Assembly (NCBI GenBank): GCA_977017645.1
Contig: OZ360245.1
Span: forward strand, 40,486,001 to 40,550,000
Direction: 5' to 3'
DNA: 64,000 nucleotides
Source: Torpedo marmorata
Taxonomy: Eukaryota
The translations under genes were made by a program, and so were the position numbers. Below are positions 38,034 through 52,018 of this stretch, one piece after another; position 1 is the first letter of the stretch, and every line of letters begins with the position of its first letter. A model generated the notes under the pieces. The model was not told the origin of the DNA. It was given only the letters and a program-made list of their open reading frames with translations, and did no database searches.

Positions 38034-38232
38034 CAGTAAAATCCCTGTAATCGAGAATTCAAGCAACCGGCAAAAAAAAAAGTAAAAAATAAATAGGTAA
38101 AAAATACGAAAGTTTAAAATTGGCACCCCCTAGTGGTCAGTTTGCCAATCACGCAATCTCAAGCAACCGGAAAATTCACTTATCCGGCATCACCCAATTC
38201 CCCCTAGGCACTGGATAACGAGGGTTTTACTG
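38034..38232. mobile_element. pogo/Tigger-type MITE
   Basis: TA|cagtaaaatccctgtaatc ... gataacgagggttttactg|TA. Confidence 0.8.
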
Positions 38233-38670
38233 TATATGGCTTCTGGACTATTGACATTACACCCCCCCACCTCTCCCCCATTTATCTTTTTGTATGCCAC
38301 TGGTCTCTTTCTGTTTAAGATTGCTAAACTCAAATTTTTATGTATCGATGGGATGAAATTACCAGAGGTACAATATTACCTGTACATAAAAATTAATGAG
38401 CTAATACTCATTTAGTCTAAATGTTTGGGACCAAGTAAAATAATAAAGAAATGTTTCCGTCCCATCCACCCAAAGTATAACTTGCACTAAGGCGATCTAC
38501 AATATATCACAGGCTTGTTTCATTTGAGTGGTTCTTGCTGATTTCACTTTGAAGCCTCAACCTTGAGACTGGAGAATATCAGATACATCACTGAGTCTGG
38601 AAAAAGTTAAATGGTTGATCATCATTTTCAAAGCAGAGTGGGAGAAAGGGTGGATTATTTACTCCAAAAA

Positions 38671-40010
38671 TCAGATTTCAGATTTATTGTCAAGAGTACA
38701 TACATGACGTCACATACAACCCTGAGATTCTTTTTCCTGCGGGCGCAGCAGAATTAGCACTTATTGGTAGTGCAAAAAGTAAACTGTACACAGCGTAAAC
38801 ATGTAAACAATCAAAAGAACTGCTAACAGGTAACGAATGAAATTGAAAATGAATCTGACTGTGCAATACAGAGAGAGCAAAGAAAAATCAATAAAGTGCA
38901 CAAGAGTCCTTAAATGAGTCTCTGATTTGACTTTGTCGTTGAGGATTCTGATGGTAGATGGGTAGCAGCTGTTCCTAAACCTGGTGGTGCGAGTCTTGTG
39001 GCACCTATACCTCTCTCCTGATGGCAGCAGCGAGAACAGAGCGTGTGCTGGGTGGTGTGGGTCTTTGATGATTGCTGCTGCCCTCCGACAGCAGCGTTCC
39101 CTGTAGATGTACTCAATAGTGGGGAGGGTTTTGCCAGTAATGTCCTGGGCTGTGTCCACTACCTTTTGGAGGGCTTTACGCTCAGGGGTATTGGTGTTCC
39201 CATACCAGACCGTGATGCAGTCGGTCAGCACACTTTCCACCACACATCTATAGAAATTTGCCAGGGTTTCTGATGTCATACCAAACCTCTGCAAACTCCT
39301 GAGGAAGTAAAGGCGCTGATGTGCTTTCTTCACGATGCCATTGGTGTGTTGGGTCCAGGAAAGATCCTCCGAGATAGTGACTCCCAAGAACTTAAATTTC
39401 CTCACCCTCTCCACCTCTGATCCCCCAATGATCACTGGATTGTATACCTCTGGCTTTCCTTTCCTGAAGTCAACAATCAGCTCCTTAGTTTTGGTGACAT
39501 TGAGTGCAAGGTTGTTTTTGGTGCACCATTCAGCCAGGTTTTCAATCTCCATCCTGTATGCTGACTCATCCCCTTCCTTTATACAACCCACTACCGTGGT
39601 ATCGTCGACAAATTTGTAGATGGTGTTATTGTCATACCGAGCTACACAGTCGTAGGTGTAAAGTGAGTAGAGCAGGGGGCTAAGAACACAGCCCTGTGGT
39701 GTTCCTGTACTGATGGAGATTGTGGAGGAGAAGTTCTTACCAATCTTCACTGATTGTGGTCTGGAAGTGAGGAAATCCATGATTCAATTACACAGTGGGG
39801 TGTTAACTCCCAGGTCTTGGAGTTTGCTGATCAGTTTTGAGGGGATGATGGTGTTAAATGCCGAACTGTAGTCGATAAAGAGCATCCTGATGTATACATC
39901 TTTACTGTCCAGGTGTTCCATGGCTTTGTGTAGGGCCAGTGAGATGGCATCCGCCGTAGACCTGTTGCCGCGATAGGCGAACTGGAATGGATCCATGTCA
40001 CCGCTCAGAC
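38671..40010 (-). mobile_element. 5'-truncated Rex1/Babar-like LINE (RT plus C-terminal domain)
   Basis: [60 protein letters not shown]. One in-frame stop at 39784-39786. Tail tgacaataaatctgaaatctga. Confidence 0.92.
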
Positions 40011-40107
40011 AGGGTTAGGAAAATTAATCTTGGTAGGGATGTAATTGTTGGGAATAATGCACTTCTTTTCATACCTAGTGTCAGTATTGAGCAGACTATT
40101 AAATAAA

Positions 40108-42570
40108 AACCATAGAAAACTACAGCACAAAAAGCAGGCCATTCGGCCCTTCTAGTCTGTGCTGAAACATCATTTCGCTAGTCCCACTGACCTGCACCCA
40201 TTCCATAACCCTCCAGACCACTCCCATCCATGTATCTATCCAATTTATTCTTAAAACCTAAGAGTGAGCCCACATTTACCATGTCAGATGGCAGCTCGTT
40301 CCAAACTCCCACCACTCTCTGAGTGAAGAAATTCCATCTAATGTTCCCCCTAAACCTTTCACCTTTCACCCTAAAGCCATGTCCTCTCGTATTTATCTCT
40401 CCCAATCTAAGTGGAAAGAGCCTACTCGCATTTACTCTGTCTATTCCCCTCATAATTTTGTAAACCTCTATCAAATCTCCCCTCATTCGTCTACGCTCTA
40501 AGGAATAAAGTCCCAACCTGTTTAAATCTTTCCCTGTAACTCAACTCCTGAATACCCGGCAACATCCTAGTAAATCTTCTCTGCATTCTTTCGATCTTAC
40601 TGATATCCTTCCTGTAGTTTGGCGACCAGAAATGCACTCAATACTCCAAATTTGGCCTCACCAATGTCTTATACAACCTCACCATAACATCCCAACTCCA
40701 GTACTCAATACTTTGATTTATGAAGGCCAAGATGCCAAATGCTTTCTTTACAACCCTGTCTACATGTGACGCCACTTTCAGGGAATTATGTATCTGTATT
40801 CCCAGATCCCTTTGTTCCTCCGCACTCCTCAGTGCCCTACCATTTACCGTGTATGTCCTACCTTGGTTTGTCCTTCCAAAATGCAACACCTCACACTTGT
40901 CTGCATTAAATTCCATCTACCATTTTCTGGCCCATTTTTCCAGTTGGTCAAGATCTCTCTGCAAGCTTTGAAAGCCTTCCTTGCTGTCCACCACGCCTCC
41001 AATCTTAGTGTCATCAGCAAACTTGCTGATCCAATTTCCCACATTATCATCCAGATCATTGATATAGACAACAAACAAAAATGGTCCCAGCACCGATCCC
41101 TTAGGCACACCACTAATCACAGGCCTCCAGTCTGAGAAGCAATCATCCACTACCACTCTCTGTCTTCTCCCATTCAGCCAATTTCAAATCCATTTTACAA
41201 CCTCTCCATGGATACCTAATGTCTGAACCTTCTGAACTAACCTCCCATGTGGGACCTTGTCAAAGGCCTTACTAAAGTCCACGTAGACAACATCCACTTT
41301 CATCTACTTTCTTGGTAACCTCCTCAAAAAACTCTATAAGATTCGTTAAACACGACCTACCACGCACAAAGCCATGCTGACTATCCTTAATCAGCCCTTG
41401 GCTGTCCAAATACTTGTATATCCTATCTCTCTGAACACCCTCCAATAATTTACCCACTACTGACGTCAGGCTCACCGGCCTGTAATTTCCTGGTTTACTT
41501 TTGGAGCCTTTTTTAAACAACGGAACAACATGAGCTACATTCCAATCCTCCGGCATCTCACCCGTGGCTAAGGACGTTTAAAATATTTCTGCCAGGGCCC
41601 CTGCAATTTCTTCACTAGTCTCCCTCAAGGTCCGAGGGACTATCATGTCAGGCCCGGGGGATTTATCTACCTTTATTCGCTGTAAGGCAGCAAGTTCCTC
41701 CTCCTCTTAAATCTCTATATGTTCCATGCCACTACTGCTTGTTTCCCTTCCTTCCTTATACACTATGCCAGTTTCCTGAGTAAATACTGATGCAAAAAAA
41801 CTGTTTAGTATCTCCCCCATCTCGTTAGACTCCACACATAGACGACCACTCTGATCTTCTGGGTCCCTTACTATCCTTTTACTCTTAACATACTTGTAGA
41901 AACCCTTCAGGTTTACCTTCACATTATCTGCCAAAGCAACCTCGTGTCTTCTTTTTGCCTTCCTGATTTCCTTCTTAAGTATTTTCTTACATTTTCTATA
42001 CTCTTCTAGTTCCTCATTTGCTCCTTGTTGCCTATACCTGCTATACACCTCTCTCTTCCTCTTTACCAGATTGCTAATATCCCTTGAAAACCAAGGTTCC
42101 CTATGCCTATTAACTTTGCCTTTAATCCTGACAGGAACATGCAAACTCTGCACTCTAAAAATTTCTCCTTTGAAGGCTTTCTACTTACTGAACACATCCT
42201 TGCCAGAAAACAACTTATCCCAATCCACTCTTCCTAGATCCTTTCTCATTTCCACAAAATTGGCCTTTCTCCAATTTAGAATCTCAACTCGAGGACCAGA
42301 CCTATCCTTATCCATAATTAACTTGAAACTAATGACATTATGGACACTGGACCCAAAATGTCCGCCTACACATACTTCTGTTAACTGACCTGTCTGGTTC
42401 CCTAATAGGAGATCAAGTATTGCATCCTCTCTCATTGGTACCTTTATATATTGATTTTAAAAACTTTCCTGAACACATTTGACAAACTCCAAGCCATCCA
42501 GCCCTTTTACAGTATGGGAGTCCCAGTCAATATGTGGAAAGTTAAAATCTCCTACTATCACAACTTTCTG
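40108..42570 (-). mobile_element. 5'-truncated CR1 LINE (end of APE endonuclease through RT and 3' tail), disrupted
   Basis: ILDLLLGN..GSSVHNVI, NYRPVSLTS, GVPKGSVLGP, FADD, SLERRRMRGD; several stops and frameshifts. Confidence 0.96.
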
Positions 42571-42699
42571 TGAATCTGTGTAATTCTCTCATAGGGCTCC
42601 ACTCTTCTAAAACTAAATGTCTAAATGCTCAGATTGAGACTTGAATAAACACCTGGAAGTTTCGTGTTTGTAGAAATATAGGGTTGGACCCACAACAAT

Positions 42700-42872
42700 A
42701 CCCAAGTCTTTCTCAAACCATGGGATCTCTAGCCTGTGTGAAAAGACAGAGTCCTTGGTTTTTCATCTCATTGGAAGGATGCGAGGGTAACACTTTGGGG
42801 TATTAGCTGAGAGTCTGAGCTTGAGCCTCCAGTGAGATTTCAACCAACAATCTGGACTATCAACTGAGCCAG
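42700..42872 (-). mobile_element. Degraded ancient SINE, probably Deu-domain type
   Basis: ccatgggatct...ggtttttcatctcattggaagga...caactgagcca resembles the recalled DeuSINE core and tRNA head in reverse. Confidence 0.4.
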
Positions 42873-43055
42873 ACCAATGGCTACGTGCCAGAATTTTGTG
42901 TTTCAGCCCAACATGCTGCTTTTATCCCTCTTTGTCCATGCTTAGTACGTTTTGTTTCTACAATTCATTCTACACAATGGCTTTGTTGGAATGGATCTCA
43001 CCCAACTTAGAGGAAGCACCAGAGTTAGAGAAAACACCGCACACAGTGCACTCAC

Positions 43056-43129
43056 CCCAGATGTGAAGATAGCAGGATTCCCACTCTCCAGCATGTCTTC
43101 CAGCTCTTCATTTGTGGTCGTTCTTCCAG
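43056..43129 (-). CDS. stx1a: Syntaxin-1A internal exon (equivalent to mammalian exon 7), (T)GRTTTNEELEDMLESGNPAIFTSG
   Basis: 74-nt exon, acceptor ttgattccag|CT and donor GGG|gtgag. The translation matches the syntaxin-1 linker including the LE motif (ELEDMLE), and ESGNPAIF is 1A-like. Confidence 0.95.
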
Positions 43130-43245
43130 CTGGAATCAAGCAAATAAATACAGCCTGACAGGGGGAACTAAACACCTTGGATGTTTACAATTCAACACTA
43201 GCATAATGTGATCACAAATTCATATAGTTCTTGTGTTCAGTGCAC

Positions 43246-44086
43246 CGTTATGGCGGCGCTGCCGGAGCCGCTGTAGTGGCAGTGCTGCCGCTGGTGCGGA
43301 CCCGCGGGGAGCGTGGGAGCGGAGATACAGCGCTCCTGCGGGGTCCAGCCGCCCAGTCGACTGCCGTCGGTTCCACACGGGCTTTGAACGGCCCGTTAAA
43401 GGAGCCGACGGTGGTTTTATTTAAGATCCCGTGACCACGGGGTCTGCGCCCAAGATGGCAGCGCCTTTTAACCGGCAGCAGCCACGAGGGGCTGCAGTCT
43501 CCGGGGAAGCGGAGGACTGGAGCAGGGCACCAGAGTACGGGAAGATCACCCCCCCATCTGAGAAGGAAAAGCGGAAGAGACGACCCACGGGACGGTGACC
43601 ACTGAGGCGGACCAGTGAGGGGCTCTGAGGCTGAAGGACCAGTGCATGCGGCGGGCTGCTGGCGACTCGAAGTGAGGAACCCGCGGAGGCTGTGGGGTGC
43701 TGGAGACTGTTGTCGGGGGACTCACGCCGGGCTGCGGACTGCTGGGGCTGTCTCGAACTGGCTGGAGGAGTACCAGGTATCGGAACCGGGATGCGAGGGG
43801 GTGCCGAGGGCGTCCTGACCGTGTTGGAGGTTCGGATCTGGAGCTTGGGTTGCCGATGGTTTGGACTGGACTCTGTGTGGCTGCGGAGGCTGCGGAAGTG
43901 CTGGAGGCGAATCTATGGACACTCGGGGACTCTCTTTTGCTTCTCTTTCTCTGACTGTAAGGAACGTAAGAGGCGCTTAGGCAATTTCTGCCGGTGGCGA
44001 ATCTGTCTGCCTTGCAGCAGGCAAAAAGAAATTTCATGGAATATGACACTGTTTTATTACTATGACAATAAATTGAATCTTGAATC
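43246..44086 (+). mobile_element. Longest copy (about 840 bp) of a GC/CpG-rich non-coding retroposon
   Basis: CpG-rich 5' part with atggcggc and caagatggc (43451-43459); tail tgacaataaattgaatcttgaatc; two 5'-truncated sisters in the window. Confidence 0.85.
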
Positions 44087-45896
44087 ATACACCATCTCTT
44101 GTTTGTCTACCCAAGGCTGCAGTCAACCAATCACAAGTGTTTGTTAAAATGGCTTTATGAAAAATGACTTTTTCATTCACGGGGCATGAACGCCACTTAC
44201 AAAGTAGTTTGTCCCTAATTGCTCATGAACAGAATGGTTTGTTACACCGTTTTAGTGAACATTTAAGAATTTGCTGGGAATCTGGGGTCGCAGGTAGGGA
44301 AGACAAGATAAGGTAATCAGATTTTTTTTCTCTTTAGGATGTAATGAATCTGATGAGTTTCTAGGACAGTCCGAACATATGCTAGGCTTCTTTATTGATA
44401 TCACCTTTTAATTCTAAACTTACTTGAGTGCTTGAATTTCAGTTGTCTAACTGCTTGAGTTAAATATATTCAAATCAGGAGAAAGGCTGCCTGGTTAGGT
44501 TGTGCATTGGTGCTGGCTGCTTGGGGTGTATTTTACGTCTTCTATCAGAAAAGAGGATAAGTTTATCAGAACAGTCAGAGAGAGAACAGGGCCGTAGGTT
44601 AAAGCTGTTCCTCTGTTGCATTCGCCCAAAGTGAAACTTTTTGTCAACTTCCACGATTTTCAAGAAGTTAACATATTTGTGGCATGAAAATGAATAAAAT
44701 TTGTACTGTTATTTAAATAACTATTAAATGATACAATTATTTTGAGAGTTGTGATTTCCCATAACACAGCTTCTACTTAGAAAAATAACTGGATCACTCC
44801 TGCAGAACTCACTCCTGCAGTAAGTACATTTTTAGAAGTTAATATTTGAAAAAATAATAATATTTTAAGAGGTAATATTTATATTTTTCCTCTCTCAATC
44901 ACCTGCATTTCTCTTTCGGTTTATCCTCCATCCTTAAATCTCATTTATGAAGTGCATTTGGTCTTTTAAAAACAAGGTCCCAGATGTCCCAATGATCCCA
45001 CTGCTCCATCATCAGAGCACACTTCCAGCAATTTAAGAGCAAAAGGATATAGAAAATAGAAGTGAGAGTAGGCCATGCAGTCCCCCGAGTCCGCTCCACC
45101 ACTCAGTGTCACGGAAGATCTGATTTTTGCTTTCAAGTCAATATCCCTTCCTGATCTTCACACCCTTGGTTATCCGACAATCCAAAAATCTAATTAGAGC
45201 TGCTCTGGATATACATAATGACTCAGCATTCACAGACCTCTGGGATGCAGAATGCCAGAGCTTCACAACCAAAGGGTCATGCAGTCATAGACAGCATGGA
45301 AACAGGCCCTTTATGTGCATTATCAGCCTATTTACATTAATCCCATTCAATGCACATTTTATCAGATTCTTCCACTCACCAACACACTGGAGGCAATTCA
45401 CAAAGGCCAATTAATCTGTAGATGACCAACTCTATGGAAAATGGGAAGAAATCTTCTCAAAGCAGAAAATCTTCCTTGCCTTGGTACAAACCATTTCCGA
45501 GCAGTGCAGTGAGGAAACAAATCTGTCAAACAGTGCCTGGTGCAAGATGTCCTGCTCCATCAAATTCTGGGCCAGAGTTCCATGCGCTGCTCTGCCATCT
45601 GATATTAGCAGGACAAGCTAGAGGCACACCAAGCAATGCTATCCTGAGCTCCAACGCATGGCCAGGCCTTGGAATCATGCATGGTGATCCAGTAACTTCA
45701 GTTTCAAATCTAGTCTTTGATGCAGGAACCCGACCTATTTTGTACCTATAGTCTGATCACCATCAGTCCTGGCTGTAGCCTTGAGAATCCAGCAGCAATC
45801 TTCTGAAAGCCTCCAACTGTGCTTTCAGAATTCATTGCAGGGCAAGCAGTGTAATGATGTCCTATCTGTGGGAGCAGGAGGAACTTGGATTGATAG

Positions 45897-48731
45897 CACT
45901 GGGCAATAAAGATTTTGCTTCCTGAACACTTTTGGATGTATTTTATGAATTTTGGGCTGCTGGTAACAAAAATCACCATACAATTTTCCTATTTCATACT
46001 GTTTTTTTTATATAGAACCTATTTTTGTGATTTCCTGTCATATTTTAAGTCTACTAGTATATTGCCCACAAAGCAAGCTGTTTTGGTCCGTCCAAGCATG
46101 CCTGGGCATACACTCAGTGCAGGAGCTATGCAAATGTTGTCTTAGGCCGAGGCATGCTTGGTCAGGATAGATGCAGACAGACTATAAAAGCAGCTCACAA
46201 ATGCTGTGCATTACATTGATATAGATTGAACGCATGTTAATGCACATGTTCTTCAGGCAATAGCATAGTGAGTGTACTTAACAATAGCATTTATTCAGAT
46301 CCTAATATAGTAGGGATTAAAGTCGGTATGGAAGAGCATAAGATTAGTTTGTTTGCAGATGATGTACTAATATATATGACAAAATCAGTTTTATCACTTC
46401 AACATTTAGCTATTAAATTAACAGAATATGGTGAAATATCTGGATATAAAATTAATGCGGATAAAAGTGAAATAATGGCTTTATCTCAAGGTGATTATAC
46501 TAGATGTAGAGAAGTTACGGAATTTAAGTGGGCAAAAGAAGGAATTAAATATTTGGGAGTAAAAGTGGATACAAAATTAGAAAATTTATATAAATTAAAT
46601 TATGTACCCTTATTTACGAAAATAAAGAAAGATTTGGAAAATTGGAAAGATTTACCTATAACTTTAATGGGGAGAGTAAATTGTATTAAGATGAATATTT
46701 TTCCAAGAATTCAATATCTTTTTCAATCAATTCCTTTTGGAATTCCAAAAATTTTTTTTAAAGATTTAAGATTTATAGTTAGGAAATTTTTATGGAAAGA
46801 GAAGTTAGCAAGAGTGAGTATGGAGAAGTTAACATGGAATTATGAGATGGGAGGAATGCAACTCCCTAATTTTCAATATTATTATAAAGCAGCTCAATTA
46901 AAATTTGTTAATGAATTTTTTGATTTAGCTAAAACTTCTGCTTGGATTAATATAGAATTAAATAATATAGGAGAAAATTATAAAGAGGATATTATTTATA
47001 AGTGGAATTCTAAATTATTGTTAGTTAAAAAGAAAAATTCACCGATTATTAAACATTTATTGGAAGTTTGGACACAGGTAGATAAAGAAATAGGTGGGAA
47101 AGGAACAATTTCTTTAAATATGCCACTATATCAAAATCCACTTTTATTATTTACTATGAATAATCAGTTATTGAAAACATGGTTTCAAAAAGGTATTAAA
47201 AATTTTAAAGATTGTTTTGAAGCTGGAAGATTTGTTACGTTTCAAAGATTGAAAGAAAAATTTGATATATTAGATAATACATGGTTAGCTTATTATCAGG
47301 TTAAAGCTTTTTTGGTTGAGAAATTAGGAGAAAATTTGATTGCTCCAAGGTATAATGAGTTAGAATTATTAATTACTAAAGCAAATGTTAATAAGTTTAT
47401 TTCTCAAATGTATAAATTATTTCAGAGAAAAATGCCTTAAGTAGGATTACATAAATCAAGATTAAAATGGGAATTAGATTTAAATATTAATATAGCTCAA
47501 AAACATTGGGAAGATTTATGTAAGTTAAGTATGACTAAAGTTATTAATGTTAGGTATAGATTGGTACAATATAATTTTTTTCATCAATTATACTTAACAC
47601 CAAAAAAATTAAAGAAATTTAATCCGACATTGTCGGATTTGTGTTTTAGATGTAAGAATGAAGTAGGTTCTTTTGTTCATTCTACATGGTTATGTCCAAA
47701 GATTCAAGATTTTTGGCTTAAAGTTAAGAATTTTTTAGAGAGAGTTTTTAATGTTAGGTTTCCAATGGATCCTATGTTATTTCTATTTGGAGATATTAGA
47801 AAATTTAGTATTAGGAATAGATTGAATATGTATCAGGTAGAATTTTTGCGTATTGCTTTAGCTGTTTCAAAAAAATGTATTGCTATTACTTGGAAATCAG
47901 ATTTAGATTTAAATTTAGATAGATGGCATGCAGAACTTCGTTCGTGTATTCCTTTGGAAAAAATTACTTATAATTTACGTAATAAATATCATTCTTTTTT
48001 AAAAATTTGGAGCCCATATTTGAGAGTTATGGGTTTAAGGATTTGAAATTTCTGGAAATCAGGTCTATTGGCGAGTTTAACCTCCAGATTAAAATTAGTT
48101 TTTAGATGGTTCTCTCCTCACTATTAATCTCTTTTTTCTTTTTCTCTTTTTTCTTTTTCTATTTTTAGAATAGTGGGGTTGGGGAGGGGTGGGAGGGTGC
48201 GGGGGGAGGAAATTTATATCACTGTATTTTGGAAACTATATATTTTGAATTATGTATTGTGTGATTTAAAAAATTTAAATAAAATAATAAAAAAAATTAA
48301 AAAAAACAATAGCATTTATTGTCTTCAGGAAGATTAAATACAGCAGAAATGTCTCGTCAATGTTGCAACAGCTGTGATACATTCTGTTACATTTGTGGTG
48401 AGTATATGCTTAAGGCTCAAAGATGCAGCATGACTGCACTTACTAAGAAAGCCTATGAACTCTACTTTGGTTGTAAAATTGGTGACCAAGACAAACCCTG
48501 GGCTCCTCACATTTGTTGTGCAACATGTGCAGTCAACCTGAGAGTTTGGCTCAGAGGTACACTATGCAATTAAACATACTAAATTCAATAAAAGTTAATT
48601 TAGTGATTCTCCAACTTCCTACGTGATACAGCAAATCTGAAATTATCATTGTGTTCATCTTGAAGTTGTCTATAATAATCCCCAATTTTTTTTCAGGAAG
48701 CAAACCTTTTGAAAAAAATTGTTGTCCAGTG
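45897..48731 (+). mobile_element. Internally deleted CMC/Chapaev3-like DNA transposon (about 0.8 kb) interrupted by an L1
   Basis: Termini cactgggcaataa..tttgcttcctga and tcaggaagcaaa..ttgttgtccagtg, flanked by tag and taa. N-terminal zinc-finger ORF MSRQCCNSCDTFCYICGE..YFGCKIGDQDKPWAPHICCATC at 48349-48573. Confidence 0.75.
46296..48304 (+). mobile_element. 5'-truncated L1/Tx1-like LINE (RT C-half, CCHC zinc knuckle, 3' UTR, polyA)
   Basis: SLFADDVL, GYKINADKS, IKYLG, CFRC..H..W.CP; one in-frame stop; 16-bp TSD aacaatagcatttatt at 46280-46295 and 48305-48320. Confidence 0.96.
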
Positions 48732-50549
48732 TAATTTATTTTACAATTGGATTGCTCTCCTTCTGCCCAAACTAACACCTTTCTTCCTCATTTTTAACTC
48801 GTACCTTTTCTATTTTAAACCCTTCTCCCCACATTGAACAATGTCCTAATTAGTGTTGACAATTCTCTTCAAAAGAATATGAAAACTTTCATTATGCCAT
48901 TTCAAATCTTCTCCCTTAGGAAAGCAATGGCTTTAGCCGTTCCAAATCACTTGGAATTCTTGGCAACTTTTCGCTTGCTCTACACTTTCCCCAGGGCAAT
49001 ATGATGCTTTCTGCATGTAATCAGGTTACCAGGCACACATTACGTGGAGTTTGGCCAGTAGCAGGCTGATATGATAACATTCATCCAGGATAACCTCTGC
49101 TCTCTCTGCCCACTATGCTCCCTTCAACATGTACTGCAACACACATATTCTCTCCCCCTACCCAGTCCACTTCCTTCTCCTCATCAACTAAACTGGAAGT
49201 GCTGGATTGAACATGAAGTGGAAATTATTTTATTTTCTTGTCTTGGAACCTGTCACATTGATTGAATTAAAATTCAACAGAAGGTACAAGTTGCACATCA
49301 TAATGAAATGAACAAAATATTAGTGATTGGCAGTTGCGAAATTAGAATGAAGCATGAAAACTGCCCTTTTGCAAGTCAGACACTGAAGGGAAAACTAATC
49401 CAGATTTATATTCTCACTCCCAAATGCATCAGTCGTGCAGTGTTCCAGTATTAAAGGGGAAATACTTCAATAATAAAATGAGAGGGCATGATTTAGAAAA
49501 TGGGATCTTCAGGCACTGTGCAATGCAAATAATTTGTACAAAATTAGACCATCTTTGTTTGAGGTCCAGGTAGATGTATGGAACAATAACTCCTGTCAGG
49601 TAGCAATAAGATGGTGTTTCTCCTTGTTGCACAGGACACAAACAGACCTGCAAACTGTCTTTTGCAGCAGAAAATTGGCACCAGTCTTCAATGCATGATT
49701 CAAACTCCTTCCGACCCCCAATGAACCCACACACCCTCCAAATGCACCAACGTCCTTTCTTAATACAGATACTGATATTTGCATATATGCATAAACATAT
49801 ATGCACACCATCAAACACCAACTCACTGATTCACATACTGCCTCATGACACGTTGCATTGTGTAAACTTGGGTTCACAGTAGGAATACCAGACAATACAA
49901 GACAATGGATTTTGTACAAATAAAACCTTAGCAAAGATGGATTTTTGTCAAAATTTCTAATTTTGGTAGATGGTTAGTTAATCTTTTTCCAATAACAGTA
50001 TAGGAGACCACTTGATCCATCACATTAATTCTGTATCCCCAAGCAACCACATAAATGCTATTCCCTTCTCATTTCCTTGTAACTATTCTCTCTGTCTCAT
50101 GTCCATGAACTCCCCACCCACTTACATTACAGTTAATTTACAAAATCCAATTAACCTACAAATCACCATGTCTTTGGATTGTGGAAGGAAACTGAAGCAC
50201 TCAAAGTAAGCTCACATGGTCACAGATACAGATACAATTTACTGTCATGTAATAAAACAATTACAAAGTCCACACTGACAGCCCCAGAGACTGGGATCAA
50301 ACGAGTGATATGGCAGCAGGCCAACCCATGGTGTCATAATTAGTAACAACTGCAAATTTATTGCCTTTAGACAACCTGCTCCAACGCACACCTCCCTGAC
50401 TGGAGATTGTATTTTATCCGGTTTAATTTTTAGTGAAAAATGTTTGTAATCTGCTTTCATGTCAATTCAATTGCCAATACAAATCATGTAAACTAGCAAT
50501 CGGCACAATTATCAAAATGTTTCCTCATCTTTCTTCAGGATGACACACA

Positions 50550-50826
50550 TATACACAAGATAAAATACTGAAAAATCAATCTCTTGCAGTTCAATCTGCA
50601 AGTGGCTAGCAATGACCCAACATAGAGAAGATAATACATAACATGTTAAGTGCTCAGTGAAGACGGGTGGGATTACAGATTGAACCTTAATGGCCTTGAG
50701 GTCCACTGCACCTGTGGTGGATGTTTCTCAACCCAACACAGTACCAGTTAAACCAACAGGTTTATCCAGAAATTGAGTTCTGGGGAATTCTTGAAATCCA
50801 AATTACTGATCACCTCACCTGAATTC
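50550..50826 (+). repeat. About 280-bp segment duplicated downstream (second copy in pieces at 52000-52018, 53651-53766 and 56514-56674)
   Basis: Shared blocks tctgcaagtg, gagaagataatacata, cttgaggtccactgcacctgtggtggatgttt, acacagtaccagttaaaccaacaggtttatcc and tgatcacctcacctgaatt. Confidence 0.9.
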
Positions 50827-51106
50827 ATGAACTCTCCCTGCACATCTTATACCTCAGGCATTTATCCCAAATAAAGGGCAAGATTTGTACCCTACACTTC
50901 AATTCTGTGCAATGGAACTGGTATTCTTAGCTTATTCTAAAAACCAATTACAATATTGGTGGCTTATATTTTTCTTGAAACCCAATTAATACATTACAGC
51001 AGGTGTGTAGCATAAATCTAGAAGCTTAAAGTTCGAGAACAAAATCCACAGATGTTCTCATATCTCTCCACTCTTGAAGTCCGCTGCTCTTCTAAGTACT
51101 TACCAG

Positions 51107-51494
51107 CACTGTTCCCTCTAAGCTGTGTGTGTGCGCGCGCACACGTTTTGCAACCAGCGCACAAAGGAAATTAATGTGCGCACAAAAGGTTAGTTACCTA
51201 AAATAATGTCGTGATTAATAATTATACTTATTGAAAATAATCTCTTAGCCTACCTGTTTCTGTTAACTCGTTAATCGGTTAAACAAGTAGTTAATCATAC
51301 TTGTATTATATTAAAACATGCCAATACAGTTTTATTAGCCATGAGAGATAGGCTGTGCCAAAATGATCTTGAAACAATTTCAAGTTTACATTTGCACAAG
51401 CATTCAGTGTGCACATACTTTTGTCACAGGAAAGAAATTTGCACAACATACGATTTTTGCGCACACTGACTACTAAAATTTAGAAGGAACATTG
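51107..51494. mobile_element. hAT-superfamily MITE (388 bp)
   Basis: TIRs cactgttccctctaa and ttagaaggaacattg; perfect 8-bp TSD cttaccag at 51099-51106 and 51495-51502. Confidence 0.92.
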
Positions 51495-52018
51495 CTTACC
51501 AGGCAAATGTGTTTGGATGGAACCTCTCGTAGTTTCTTCTGGAATCTCAATTATATCTATCTTGTTTAATTTTCTGGGATTCTGGGAACTGTTCAATTCA
51601 GTATCCTGAATATTTCCTTTTTCCACGTCTGTCTTCGTTTTCATACTGAATTGACTCTTGCTAAATCGAGTAAAGAACCAGGAAGCTGACATTTCCAGTG
51701 ATATTTATATGGAGAACTCCTAATAGGATAAGGTCCCTTTAAAGTGTGCCTGGTATCTCTGCCGAGAACCTGGGACTATTTTATTTAGCCAGGTCCTCCT
51801 GAACCAAGAAATGAGAATAGGGCGAGGCCAGATCAGGTTACACTCAGTTTATTAAAATATACTGCAAATGTGCTCAGGTTAAAAACTATCCAATGAAAAC
51901 AAAGAATTAACCTGCCCTTGGAAATAGTTTCCAAGAACGAAAATCCAGAGATTGCACGTGCGCACATACCATCTCTGGACTGCATGCACTCACACTTCGG
52001 ATAAAATACTGAGACATC

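Noticed and set aside
12149-43129. Assignment as stx1b or stx2
   Set aside because: ESGNPAIF, IIMDS, MFMDMA and ASTVGGIF match STX1A better than the recalled paralogue sequences. Synteny could not be checked.
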